From: Bacteroidota bacterium
Lineage (GTDB): Bacteria > Bacteroidota > Bacteroidia > AKYH767-A > OLB10
Assembly (NCBI GenBank): GCA_046303115.1
Contig: JBKCGZ010000190.1
Span: 1 to 62,761, forward strand
Reading direction: 5' to 3'
Length of the DNA: 62,761 nt
This document shows positions 51,615 through 61,730 of this stretch, one piece after another. The position numbers and the translations under genes were made by a program. Position 1 is the first letter of the stretch; every line of letters begins with the position of its first letter. Below the pieces are notes generated by a model, which saw nothing but the letters and a program-made list of their open reading frames with translations, did no database searches and had not been told where the DNA came from.

Positions 51615-54600
51615 ATGAAAAAATCATTTTTAACTTTTATCGTAGTAATTACCTCGATAACATTCAGCAAGGCAGATGTCTCTGACTGGTTTAAGCCTGT
51701 GAAGCAGGAGTCAATCAAAAATGAAAAATTAGCTCGTAGAAATTCAACTCCTTCTTCAGCTTATTTTTATGAAATTGATTTACAGAAATTAAAGAATGAA
51801 TTAGCAACTGCTCCGCTAAGAGGAACAATTAATGCAGCTCCAGTGGTAATTAATTTCCCAAATGCCTACGGAAAAATTGAGCAATTCAAAGTGTATGAGT
51901 CGCCAATTATGCACCGTGATTTAGCGAGCAAATACCCAATGATTAAAACCTATGCTGCGCAAGGTATCACTGATCCAACCTCAACCATGCGTTTTAGTAT
52001 TACGCAATTCGGGTTACATACAATGACAATTTCAGGCTTGCATGCTTCGAACTATATCGATCCATATACGAGCAATGGAAAGTTTATCATTGTTTACGAT
52101 AAGCATTCGTTGTCTTCTAGTAATCAAAATTTCGAATGTACTACTCCTGATGCTGCTGAATTACCTTCGTTAAGAAACGGTGGTACGCCAATGCAGTTTG
52201 ATGCGAATGATCAAATATTCAGAACGTACCGATTAGCACAATCATGCACTGCTGAGTACGGAAATATTTTCGCTTTAACACCGGGACAAGAGGTGGCAGA
52301 TATTCAAGCGCAAATGACGATCACCATGAATCGCGTGAATGGAGTTTTTGAAAGAGATTTGGCTGTTACAATGGAATTTGTTCCGGACAATGACACCTTG
52401 ATTTTTTATGGAAGCACTACTGCGGATCCATGGTCAAATGAGTGGAATACAAAGACGGCTCAAACGATTGATGCAAGAATTGGAGTTAATAACTATGACA
52501 TCGGACATAATTTTAATACTACAGGTGGTGGAAATGCAGGTTGTATTGCTTGCGTTTGTTTGAGCACCTCACAATCAGGCACACACAAGGGTAGAGGTAT
52601 GACAGGTTCTCCAAATCCTACGGGTGATCCATTTGATATTGATTATGTAGCGCATGAAATGGGACATCAATTTGGAGGATATCATGTCATGAACACGTGT
52701 TCGAGAAGCGGAAGTGGTAATACGGAAGTAGAACCAGCAAGTGGAAGTTCAATTATGGGTTACGCCGGTATTTGTTCAAGTAATGTTCAATCTAATAGCG
52801 ATGATGATTTCAACTATGTAAACGTTCGTGATATCACCGCAAATATTCAAACAGGCAATAGTACGTGTGCATTTCAATCACCAATAACGAATCAACCACC
52901 AACTGCTGATGCAGGTCCAAACTATACGATTCCTAAAGGAACAGCTTTTATATTAGAAGGAATAGCTACTGATCCAGATGGTATCGCTTCGTTAACTTAT
53001 AACTGGGGACAAAATGATCCAGCGCAATCACCTGGAAATGCAGCACCACAACCAACATACAATGTAGGACCGATGTACAGAAGTATTTCTCCGCAACCAT
53101 CTCCTAATCGTTATATGCCTAATTTAAGAAGTGTGGTTCTTAACAATTTAACACCTACATGGGAAGTTACGCCATCAGTTGCAAGAACAATGAACTTTTC
53201 TTTTATCGTTAGAGATAATGATATTCAGGGAGGACAAACAGCATCTGATTTAATGACAGTAATAGTTGATAATGCTGGTCCATTTGTAGTGACTTCGCAA
53301 AACACAACAGTTACCTGGAATGCAGGCACAAGTGAAACAATTACATGGAATGTTGCCAATACAAACAACGCAACTGTCAATTGTCAGAATGTAAATATTT
53401 ATTTATCGCTTGATAGTGGTTACACCTATCCTTATACGTTAGCAACAGGAGTTCCGAATAATGGATCAGCTGTTGTAACCGTTCCCGCAGGTGCAACAAC
53501 AACAACAGGTAGAATTATGGTTCGTGGTGCTGGTAATATTTTCTATGCATTAAACACTTCGTTGATTACTATTCAATCATCCGAGTTCGTAATGAATTTC
53601 AGCACGGCTAATCAGAATTTATGTTTACCGAATGATGCTCTTTACAATTTCAATTATCAAACATTCTTATCGTTCAGTGATACAACTACCTTCTCTGTTT
53701 CGGGTTTACCAAGTGGAGCTACAGCGACGTTTAACCCTGCAACGGCAGTTAACGATGGCACTCCTGTTTTGTTAACTATTTCAGGATTGACGAATTCGAT
53801 GGTGGGTAATTATAACTTGACGATTACAGGAACATCTGCCTCTGTGACTAAATCAACTAATGTTGCTTTAAATATTCTAGAAAGCAATTTAAATGCTGTG
53901 ACATTAACATCTCCAAGCAACAGCGCTACAGGAATTGCAACAGCTGCTCAATTAAGCTGGACAACAATCACAAGTCCTGGAGTAACTTATGCTGTTGAAA
54001 TTTCAACCGACAGTTTGTTCTCCAATATTGTAGCAAGTGCATCTAATATTAATTCTGGAAATTATTCAGCAACAGGATTGTTACCTAGCAGCACTTACTA
54101 CTGGCATGTAACAGCAACAAATGATTGTGGAAGCTCGCCAGTATCTGGATTTTATAGTTTCTCTACTAATGCATGCGCAAATAATATCAGCTTAAATGTT
54201 CCTGTATCCATTTCTGGTAATGGTTCTCCGAGCTATACTTCTACACTAACTGTTAATTTATTAGGAACTATCAATGATATCAATGTAATTGGATTAATAG
54301 GAACACATTCATGGATTAACGATATGACATTTAATATAACTGGCCCTAACGGAGCTGTATGTACGTTATTTGATCAAATATGTAGTGATGAAGATGACTT
54401 TGATGTAAACTTTGATGACCAGGCAACACCAGGAGCATTACCTTGTCCTCCTGTTGGTGGCGGCACATTCCAACCTAGCACACCTCTTTCGATATTCAAC
54501 GGAATTGCAGCAAGCGGTACATGGACATTAAACATAATTGATAATGCAAATCAAGATGGTGGTTCAGTTGATAATTGGGGATTAGAAATTTGCACCAATA

Positions 54601-54875
54601 CTAGTGTAGGAGTAGCGACCTTCACAACAAGCAATGGATTTGTCGTATTCCCAAACCCGTCTACAGCTATTTTCCATATCCGTAAGAATACCTTATCAAA
54701 TGAAAAATGTAATTTGCGTTTAACAAATACACTTGGACAAATGATAGTTGCGAATGAAATAATGACCAATCAGAATTACGATATGGATTTAAGCAACCTA
54801 GAAAGCGGAATCTATTTTATAACGGTTACCACTAACGAAAAGTCGGAAACCCAAAAGATTTATCTGGCAAAGTAA
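51615..54875 (+). CDS. Secreted reprolysin-like zinc metalloprotease with Fn3-like, proprotein-convertase P domain and T9SS C-terminal sorting domain
   Basis: Signal peptide; HEMGHQFGGYH; SIMGYAG Met-turn; HSWINDM...GTWTL P-domain; VFPNPS...LESGIYFI. Confidence 0.9.
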   Translation: MKKSFLTFIVVITSITFSKADVSDWFKPVKQESIKNEKLARRNSTPSSAYFYEIDLQKLKNELATAPLRGTINAAPVVINFPNAYGKIEQFKVYESPIMHRDLASKYPMIKTYAAQGITDPTSTMRFSITQFGLHTMTISGLHASNYIDPYTSNGKFIIVYDKHSLSSSNQNFECTTPDAAELPSLRNGGTPMQFDANDQIFRTYRLAQSCTAEYGNIFALTPGQEVADIQAQMTITMNRVNGVFERDLAVTMEFVPDNDTLIFYGSTTADPWSNEWNTKTAQTIDARIGVNNYDIGHNFNTTGGGNAGCIACVCLSTSQSGTHKGRGMTGSPNPTGDPFDIDYVAHEMGHQFGGYHVMNTCSRSGSGNTEVEPASGSSIMGYAGICSSNVQSNSDDDFNYVNVRDITANIQTGNSTCAFQSPITNQPPTADAGPNYTIPKGTAFILEGIATDPDGIASLTYNWGQNDPAQSPGNAAPQPTYNVGPMYRSISPQPSPNRYMPNLRSVVLNNLTPTWEVTPSVARTMNFSFIVRDNDIQGGQTASDLMTVIVDNAGPFVVTSQNTTVTWNAGTSETITWNVANTNNATVNCQNVNIYLSLDSGYTYPYTLATGVPNNGSAVVTVPAGATTTTGRIMVRGAGNIFYALNTSLITIQSSEFVMNFSTANQNLCLPNDALYNFNYQTFLSFSDTTTFSVSGLPSGATATFNPATAVNDGTPVLLTISGLTNSMVGNYNLTITGTSASVTKSTNVALNILESNLNAVTLTSPSNSATGIATAAQLSWTTITSPGVTYAVEISTDSLFSNIVASASNINSGNYSATGLLPSSTYYWHVTATNDCGSSPVSGFYSFSTNACANNISLNVPVSISGNGSPSYTSTLTVNLLGTINDINVIGLIGTHSWINDMTFNITGPNGAVCTLFDQICSDEDDFDVNFDDQATPGALPCPPVGGGTFQPSTPLSIFNGIAASGTWTLNIIDNANQDGGSVDNWGLEICTNTSVGVATFTTSNGFVVFPNPSTAIFHIRKNTLSNEKCNLRLTNTLGQMIVANEIMTNQNYDMDLSNLESGIYFITVTTNEKSETQKIYLAK

Positions 54876-54888
54876 ATTGCCACAAACT

Positions 54889-54922
54889 AAAAAAGGTGAT
54901 TCTTTCGAATCACCTTTTTTTT
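54889..54922. terminator. Bidirectional intrinsic terminator
   Basis: A6-ggtgattc-tttc-gaatcacc-T8 between convergent genes. Confidence 0.92.
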
Positions 54923-54936
54923 GAAATATATTTTTT

Positions 54937-55827
54937 TTACTTTTTGAAATTATCAGCTACAACAGTATCCTTACTTCCTTTAGTGTACTTGTAAAATCCT
55001 TGCCCTGATTTAACACCTAAATTACCACTCACAACCATATTCACTAATAGGGGACATGGAGCGTATTTAGGATTTCCAAATCCATCGTGCAATACACGCA
55101 TGATACTTAAACAAGTATCTAATCCGATAAAGTCGGCTAATTGCAATGGTCCCATTGGATGAGCCATACCTAACTTCATTACCGTATCAATTTCTTCTAC
55201 ACCAGCTACACCTTCAAAAAGCGTATTGATAGCTTCGTTAATCATCGGCATTAAAATTCTGTTGGCCACAAAGCCTGGATAATCATTTACCTCTACAGGT
55301 ACTTTTCCTAATTTCTGAGCAGTTTCAAAAATCAATTTCGTTACTTCATCCGACGTATTATAACCTCTGATAACCTCAACCAATTTCATTACTGGAACAG
55401 GATTCATAAAGTGCATTCCGATTACTTTATCACCACGATTTGTAACTGAAGCAATTCTTGTGATGGAGATCGAAGAAGTATTAGAAGCAAGAATACAATC
55501 AGGTTTTGTATTCGCATCAAGCTCTTTAAAAATGAATAATTTCAAATCGATATTTTCAGTTGCTGCTTCCACTACTAAATCAGCATTGGAAACGCCCGCC
55601 TTCATATCAGTTGTAGTTTCAATATTACCAAGTGTAAGTGACTTTACATCTTCTGAGATTAAGCCTTTCGATAACTGACGATCTAAATTGTTAGAGATAG
55701 TTTGAACTGCTCTCGCTAAAGCTTCTTCTTTGATATCAATCAAAGTAACTTTAAAACCATTTTGAGCAAATACGTGAGCAATACCATTGCCCATCTGCCC
55801 AGAACCAATAACTGAAATATTTTTCAT
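54937..55827 (-). CDS. hbd: 3-hydroxybutyryl-CoA dehydrogenase
   Basis: GSGQMGNGIA, VVEAATE, ASNTSS, GMHFMNP, HPMGPLQLAD. Confidence 0.93.
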   Translation of the reverse strand: MKNISVIGSGQMGNGIAHVFAQNGFKVTLIDIKEEALARAVQTISNNLDRQLSKGLISEDVKSLTLGNIETTTDMKAGVSNADLVVEAATENIDLKLFIFKELDANTKPDCILASNTSSISITRIASVTNRGDKVIGMHFMNPVPVMKLVEVIRGYNTSDEVTKLIFETAQKLGKVPVEVNDYPGFVANRILMPMINEAINTLFEGVAGVEEIDTVMKLGMAHPMGPLQLADFIGLDTCLSIMRVLHDGFGNPKYAPCPLLVNMVVSGNLGVKSGQGFYKYTKGSKDTVVADNFKK

Positions 55828-55877
55828 ATGCTATAATTATAACTGCAAAACTATAAAATTGAATAAAGCAAAAGGAG

Positions 55878-56165
55878 TTAAATTAACTCCTCCATACTAA
55901 ACGCTTCGGTTTTAGCTACAAATAATGGTTTAACCTTCTCCCAGGTCGATTTAAAAACATCTGAATCGCGATAGACATTTAGATGATCTTCGCTTTCCCA
56001 TTTACTGAATGTAATAACAACACCTTCCTGGTTTATATCTTTATAAAGTGATAAATCACAACACCCAGGAAAATTTCTGATTTTAGAAAATGATTCCTTA
56101 AAATAATTTTGAAAGATAGAGACATTTTCAGGAGCTACTTTCATTCTCACAATTCGAACAATCAT
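55878..56165 (-). CDS. Antibiotic biosynthesis monooxygenase (ABM) family protein
   Basis: MIVRIVRM, IRNFPGC, WESEDHLNVYR. Confidence 0.85.
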   Translation of the reverse strand: MIVRIVRMKVAPENVSIFQNYFKESFSKIRNFPGCCDLSLYKDINQEGVVITFSKWESEDHLNVYRDSDVFKSTWEKVKPLFVAKTEAFSMEELI

Positions 56166-56932
56166 TTTATATCAATACGAATAGGGTCATTCATTTTAAT
56201 TCCTAAAAGCTTATTCGCCATACCTTGATTTTGTGCAATTTCAAGCAATCCTGCATCATTGAATAAGGCCACCATATTTCCTGTATCAACATCGGTGTAA
56301 TTAGAGAGTATTTTAGTAGTAGAAAACTTACGAATATTAATTTCAAATTTTCTATCCTTCACCTGATTGTAAAATAAGTCGCGTTGAATATTAGAAACTG
56401 CATTGCCAAAGCTATCAATGTAAATAATAGTACCACGGATAACATCTTCTTCCAATACTGGTTCAAAACCTTTACGCACTACATATTCATCTGGCCTACT
56501 ACCTAACTCAAATACATTTTGTCCTGATAATAAGTGAGTAGCCACAAACGTAAGCACCTCTAAATCGTATCCTGGTTTCTGATCAATATCTAACTTAACA
56601 GCAACCATATTTGAAGGAGGCTGATCGCCAAATACCAATGAAAATAAGCCATCATTCATTCCCACAAATCCAAACCCATCTCTCTTAATTGCCAACAGAT
56701 CAGTTTTAACAGGACCTGCATTTTGAACAGCTACGATATGAACAGTCCCTTCGGGATAGCGCTTATAAACATTGCTAAAAAGATAGGCTGCCTGTTGAAT
56801 GGAGAAGTGAGGAATATCATGCGAAATGTCTACAACCAGCACATCTGGAAAAACACTATAAAGTAATCCTTTTAAAGCACCAACATGATGATCATTCGTT
56901 CCCCAATCGGTGGTAAGCGTTATTATCTTCAT
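56162..56932 (-). CDS. SAM-dependent chlorinase/fluorinase (DUF62) family protein
   Basis: TLTTDWG, DISH, YIDSFGNAVSNI, GLLEIAQNQG. Confidence 0.87.
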   Translation of the reverse strand: MKIITLTTDWGTNDHHVGALKGLLYSVFPDVLVVDISHDIPHFSIQQAAYLFSNVYKRYPEGTVHIVAVQNAGPVKTDLLAIKRDGFGFVGMNDGLFSLVFGDQPPSNMVAVKLDIDQKPGYDLEVLTFVATHLLSGQNVFELGSRPDEYVVRKGFEPVLEEDVIRGTIIYIDSFGNAVSNIQRDLFYNQVKDRKFEINIRKFSTTKILSNYTDVDTGNMVALFNDAGLLEIAQNQGMANKLLGIKMNDPIRIDIK

Positions 56933-57013
56933 TGTTGTCAAATATAAATTATTTTACAGTTTAAATTGAATCTATTATTTCCTTTATTCAACAATTTTTT
57001 CCACCTTCGTTGA

Positions 57014-57304
57014 ATGCGTAGGACAAACGAAAAATCATTAGGAAAAATTCTTGAGGAAGTCATTAAGGATAATAACCTTGGTGATGGAATTACGCAGGCA
57101 AAAATAAACGAGATATGGGTTGAGCTTATGAGCAGACCTATAATTTCCAGAACCACAAGACTTCGTTTTTCTAATAAGACACTTACTATTTACCTCACCT
57201 CATCGGTAATCAGAAACGAACTCGACTATCAAAAAGATGAATTGAAAAAACAATTCAACGATAAGTTAGGAGAGATGGTAATTGAAAGAATTGAGTTCAA
57301 ATAA
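57014..57304 (+). CDS. DUF721 / DciA family protein
   Basis: W..LM, LTIYLTSSVIRNEL pattern, 96 aa. Confidence 0.8.
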   Translation: MRRTNEKSLGKILEEVIKDNNLGDGITQAKINEIWVELMSRPIISRTTRLRFSNKTLTIYLTSSVIRNELDYQKDELKKQFNDKLGEMVIERIEFK

Positions 57305-57335
57305 AAAGAGCCTTTACAATGTAAAAGCCCTCTCT
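57303..57335 (-). terminator. Intrinsic terminator of ndk
   Basis: Minus strand AGAGGGCTTTTAC-ATT-GTAAAGGCTCTTTTT (pairs with G-U). Confidence 0.65.
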
Positions 57336-57351
57336 AATAATCTAGTTTTTA

Positions 57352-57771
57352 TTAAAACTTCTCTTGCGTAGAGAAATAAAAGTTTCCTTCGATTTCTGCA
57401 TTCTCGTCACTGTCAGAACCGTGAACTGCATTTGCATCAATTGACTTTGCATATAAGTTACGGATTGTTCCTGGCTCTGCTTTGGCAGGATCAGTTGCTC
57501 CGATAATCTTACGGAAGTCCTCCACCGCATTTTCCTTCTCAAGAATAGCAGCTACGATTGGTCCTGAAGACATATAGCTAACTAAATCCTTGTAAAAAGG
57601 ACGCTCCTTATGTACTTCATAAAACTTACCAGCTGATTCAGCAGATAGTTTAGTGTATTTCATGGCAACGATTTTAAAACCTGCCTTTGTAATGTGATCC
57701 AAGATAGCTCCGATATGTCCGTTTTCAACAGCATCAGGCTTAAGCATGGTAAATGTGCGATTAGTTCTCAT
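57352..57771 (-). CDS. ndk: Nucleoside diphosphate kinase
   Basis: [27 protein letters not shown]. Confidence 0.98.
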   Translation of the reverse strand: MRTNRTFTMLKPDAVENGHIGAILDHITKAGFKIVAMKYTKLSAESAGKFYEVHKERPFYKDLVSYMSSGPIVAAILEKENAVEDFRKIIGATDPAKAEPGTIRNLYAKSIDANAVHGSDSDENAEIEGNFYFSTQEKF

Positions 57772-57830
57772 CTTATTTTATTGTCTTTTATTGGGCTGCA
57801 AAGGTAATTGGATTAAATTTGACACACAAT

Positions 57831-58847
57831 ATGAAACCCCATTTTGATCAAAATAAAATAGAATCTGTTAAATCGCTGATTCTTAGCAGTAAGTGTATTG
57901 TAATTACAACGCATTACAAGCCAGATGGCGATGCATTGGGTTCTTCATTAGGATTATGGGCGTATTTAAAGTCGCTGAACCTTCATGCAGATGTGGTTTT
58001 ACCTAGCGAATTTCCCAATTTTCTAAAATGGATGCACGGCAGTGCAGAAACAACAGACTTTTCGAAATCGCCAGAGCAAGCAGCCAATTTAATTGATAAG
58101 GCAGATCTTCTTTTTTGTTTGGACTTTAATGATCCTACACGAACAGAAGAAATGAGTGATTTACTTGTTAATTCATCTGCTAAAAAAATAATGATTGATC
58201 ATCATTTAGCACCTAAAGACTTTTGCGATTACACTTTTTCATTTCCTGAAATAGGATCGACCTGTGAGTTAATTGTACATTTTATTGAAGCCTTAGAAGG
58301 ACTTTCTCAAATCACGATGGATAGTGCAGCCTGCCTTTATGCGGGAATCATGACTGACACGGGAAGCTTTCGATTTAGCAGCGTTACTGCGGAGACACAT
58401 CGCGTAGTGGGAATTTTATTGAACACAGGTATGCGTAATGACTTCGTGCATGAAGCTGTTTATGATACTTCTTCGGAAGACCGTTTGCGATTTTTAGGAC
58501 ATGTATTACTCAATAATATGTTTGTTTTGAACCAACATAAGGCCGTCTATTTTCAATGTACCAAAGAGGATATGAAGCAATTTAATCATCAATCGGGCGA
58601 CCTTGAAGGCATAGTGAATTACGGATTAAGCATTGATGGAATTAAAATGGCCGTGCTCTTTAGCGAGCGAGATGGAATAATTAAAATTTCTTTCCGTTCT
58701 AAAGGGGATTACTCTGTGAAAGATTTAGCCGAAAAACATTTTGAAGGTGGTGGACATAAGAATGCGGCAGGAGGTAAATCCAATCTTTCTTTAGAAGATA
58801 CTGTTCAGAAGTTTAAGAATATACTTAAGGAAAATCACCATGCGTAA
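57831..58847 (+). CDS. nrnA: DHH family phosphoesterase (NrnA-like nanoRNase/pAp phosphatase)
   Basis: HYKPDGDALGS, LDFN, IDHH, TDTGSF, GGGHKNAAG. Confidence 0.9.
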   Translation: MKPHFDQNKIESVKSLILSSKCIVITTHYKPDGDALGSSLGLWAYLKSLNLHADVVLPSEFPNFLKWMHGSAETTDFSKSPEQAANLIDKADLLFCLDFNDPTRTEEMSDLLVNSSAKKIMIDHHLAPKDFCDYTFSFPEIGSTCELIVHFIEALEGLSQITMDSAACLYAGIMTDTGSFRFSSVTAETHRVVGILLNTGMRNDFVHEAVYDTSSEDRLRFLGHVLLNNMFVLNQHKAVYFQCTKEDMKQFNHQSGDLEGIVNYGLSIDGIKMAVLFSERDGIIKISFRSKGDYSVKDLAEKHFEGGGHKNAAGGKSNLSLEDTVQKFKNILKENHHA

Positions 58848-59406
58848 ATTATCATCTTCATTACTTCGATTGCTTGCGATTTGCATTCCGTTGATATACG
58901 CATGTGGAGGCACAGAAGGAACAGGCGGAAGTGATAATGAAGTCATCTATAGCGGTAACGAGCAAATTAATCCGAAGGATAAAGAATCACTGATTGATAG
59001 AAATAAAAAAATGATTTTGCTAGAGCAAGAAAAAATCGATTCTTTCATAGCTCAGAGGAATTATAAAATGGAGAAAACTAAAACTGGAATCCATTACATC
59101 ATCGACGAAACAGGAAAAGGAGAAAAGCCAAAAAATCTGGCAGAGGTTGAATTAAAATATACCATTCACTTATTAAACGGCGACTATTGCTATTCGAGTG
59201 ATAGCTCTGGAGTAATGCAGATCAAAATAGGGCAGAGTAACGAACCAACAGGATTACAAGAAGCACTTCAACAAATTCCCTGTGGCTCTAAAGCAACGAT
59301 TATAATTCCTTCCTATTTAGCTTATGGAATCAGCGGAGATGGAAATAAAATCGGAAGCCAGGCAAGCTTAGTATATAATATCGAATTATTAAAAGTAAAA
59401 AATTAA
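58840..59406 (+). CDS. FKBP-type peptidyl-prolyl isomerase lipoprotein (GldI-like)
   Basis: Lipobox IYAC; TKTGIHY, GLQEAL, IPSYLAYG. Confidence 0.85.
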   Translation: MRKLSSSLLRLLAICIPLIYACGGTEGTGGSDNEVIYSGNEQINPKDKESLIDRNKKMILLEQEKIDSFIAQRNYKMEKTKTGIHYIIDETGKGEKPKNLAEVELKYTIHLLNGDYCYSSDSSGVMQIKIGQSNEPTGLQEALQQIPCGSKATIIIPSYLAYGISGDGNKIGSQASLVYNIELLKVKN

Positions 59407-59411
59407 TACCC

Positions 59412-60284
59412 ATGATTCACAGCAGTAAGTCAATTGCATTTTTAATATTAACAGTAATCATCAGCATTACACTCCTTACTTCGTGTCATAAAAACGGATT
59501 CGAGAAAACAGAAAGTGGTTTAGAATATAAAATCATCGAATCAAAAAACGGTCGTAAGCCTAAACTAACAGATGTCTTACGAATGAATATCAAATTCACG
59601 AGCCAGTCAGACTCTACCTTTTCCGATAATAAACTTTTCATCACCGAATTATTCCAACCCTCATTCGTAGGTGGACTAGAAGAAGGATTCGCTTTAATGA
59701 CGGAGGGAGATTCTGCAAGCTTTTTAATCCCATCGGACTCTGTATTTAAATACATTTTCAAACAACCAATGCCTGAGTTTATTAAGACAGGTGAGAAAAT
59801 CAGAATCGATGTTCGTTTGTTGGAAGTAAAAACAAAAGAAGAATTTGAAAAGTTAGCTAACGCTGAAATCAACGAGTACATACAGCAAGATAAATTAGAG
59901 ACTGAAAACTTTATGGCTCAGAATAGTTTATCTGGAACACAAATTTCTCCAGGTTGTCAGTTTATCATTTTAAAAGAAGGCAATGGTAATTTCCCTGCTG
60001 CCGGCGATACCGTGAGAATTCGATTTACTGCTAAAATTATTACAGGAGAGATTTTCGAATCATCGAAACAAATAGGCAAGGACTTTCAATATGTCATGGG
60101 TGCGCCTGAGGTTCCTACCATTTGGGATATATCAACTGCTAATTTAAAAGTAGGTGGTCTTTACCGAATCATATTCGATACTAAAAACAGAAAAGGACTT
60201 CCAGGAACTAATAAATTAAAAGGACCAGGTCCGGTAATTTATGATGTTGAACTGGTATCTATAAATGGAAAAGCCTCCATATAA
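59412..60284 (+). CDS. Two-domain FKBP-type peptidyl-prolyl isomerase lipoprotein
   Basis: Lipobox LTSC; TESGLEY, GLEEGFALMTEGDSASF, second FKBP domain ending IYDVELV. Confidence 0.85.
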   Translation: MIHSSKSIAFLILTVIISITLLTSCHKNGFEKTESGLEYKIIESKNGRKPKLTDVLRMNIKFTSQSDSTFSDNKLFITELFQPSFVGGLEEGFALMTEGDSASFLIPSDSVFKYIFKQPMPEFIKTGEKIRIDVRLLEVKTKEEFEKLANAEINEYIQQDKLETENFMAQNSLSGTQISPGCQFIILKEGNGNFPAAGDTVRIRFTAKIITGEIFESSKQIGKDFQYVMGAPEVPTIWDISTANLKVGGLYRIIFDTKNRKGLPGTNKLKGPGPVIYDVELVSINGKASI

Positions 60285-60297
60285 ACAGAGGCTTTTC
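60268..60297. terminator. Probable bidirectional terminator overlapping the FKBP stop codon
   Basis: gaaaagcctc-N10-gaggcttttc. Confidence 0.7.
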
Positions 60298-60319
60298 TTA
60301 TTGACTTTTTAAGTTGATG

Positions 60320-61570
60320 TTACGATATTGAAGTAACAATCTTATCCAGATTATATTTTCCTGCCTGTAAATTCTTCTTAATGTCTTTGAAGGCATTGAT
60401 TGTATAAGTTACATCTTCTAACGTATGAACCGCTGTTGGAATCAAACGTAACATGATTACTCCTTTAGGAACAACAGGATAAACTACCATTGAACAGAAG
60501 ATATCATAGTTCTCACGTAAATCAAGAATCAAGTTAGTAGCTTCCGGAATAGTACCATTTAAATATACTGGAGTAACTGGAGAATCAGTATTTCCTAATT
60601 CAAAACCTTCCGCTTTTAATCCTGATTGAAGAGCATTTGTAATCTCCCACAATTTGTTTTTAAGTTCAGGTTGCGTTCTTAATAATTCAAGACGTTTTAA
60701 AGCACCAATTACAAGTGGCATAGGTAACGACTTAGCAAAAATCTGCGAACGCATATTGTAACGTAGGTATTCTACTACTTGCTCTTCGCTGCTAATGAAA
60801 GCTCCAATTAAAGCCATCGATTTAGCAAACGTTCCAAAATAAATATCAACTCCGTCTTGCACATCTTGATGTTCTGCAGTACCAGCACCTGTTTTTCCCA
60901 TCGTACCGAATCCATGAGCATCATCAACGAATAAACGGAAATTGAACTTCTTCTTTAATTCAACGATTTCTTTTAATTTACCTTGATCTCCCGACATTCC
61001 GAAAACACCTTCCGTAATTACCAGGATAGCACCGTTGGTATTTTCAACCAATTTCGTTGCTCTCTCTAATTGCTTTTGAAGGTTAGCGATATCGTTATGT
61101 GGATAAACAAAACGTTTACCCATATGAAGACGTAATCCATCGATGATACAAGCGTGAGCTTCAGAATCGTAAACAATCACATCATGACGATCTACAAGCG
61201 CATCAATCGCACTCACCATTCCTTGATATCCGAAGTTTAATAAGATAGTATCTTCTTTACTCATGAAGCTAGATAATTCTGCTTCCAGCTTTTCGTGTGG
61301 ATTTGAATTACCAGACATCATACGAGCACCCATCGGTAAGGCAAAGCCATACATTTTAGCACCTTCTTCATCTGCTTTTCTTACTTCTGGATGGTTGGCT
61401 AAACCAAGGTAGTTGTTTAAGCTCCACACTAATCTTTCCTTCCCACGGAAAATCATCTTGTTCGAAATATCTCCCTCTAACTTTGGAAATGTAAAATAAC
61501 CATGAGCATCCTTTGCATGCATCCCTAATGGTCCGCGGTTTTGCTTTAGCTTTTCAAATAAATCAATCAT
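60320..61570 (-). CDS. PLP-dependent alpha-oxoamine synthase, most likely cysteate acyl transferase of sulfonolipid (capnine) synthesis (SulA/CapB/CfaT type)
   Basis: AHGYFTFPKLEG, WSLNNYLGLANHP, MGARMMSG, DDAHG, GTFAKS, RYNMRSQIFAKS; start ATG 61570. Confidence 0.8.
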   Translation of the reverse strand: MIDLFEKLKQNRGPLGMHAKDAHGYFTFPKLEGDISNKMIFRGKERLVWSLNNYLGLANHPEVRKADEEGAKMYGFALPMGARMMSGNSNPHEKLEAELSSFMSKEDTILLNFGYQGMVSAIDALVDRHDVIVYDSEAHACIIDGLRLHMGKRFVYPHNDIANLQKQLERATKLVENTNGAILVITEGVFGMSGDQGKLKEIVELKKKFNFRLFVDDAHGFGTMGKTGAGTAEHQDVQDGVDIYFGTFAKSMALIGAFISSEEQVVEYLRYNMRSQIFAKSLPMPLVIGALKRLELLRTQPELKNKLWEITNALQSGLKAEGFELGNTDSPVTPVYLNGTIPEATNLILDLRENYDIFCSMVVYPVVPKGVIMLRLIPTAVHTLEDVTYTINAFKDIKKNLQAGKYNLDKIVTSIS

Positions 61571-61730
61571 TCTATTTTTTTTAAGTTTTAATTCGATTAA
61601 AATTCGCTTCAAAAGTGAGCACAAAATTAACTTTTAATTGCTTATCAATTACAATATTTTTAACAAGTTCTTGTTTAATGAGGGATTTTTGATGCTCTAA
61701 TTAGTTAAATTTGCACATATTTTAGATAAA

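Noticed and set aside
56938-57156. 72-aa minus-strand ORF (and 57342-57542 within ndk)
   Set aside because: Antisense to the DUF721 gene or an alternate frame of ndk; no support
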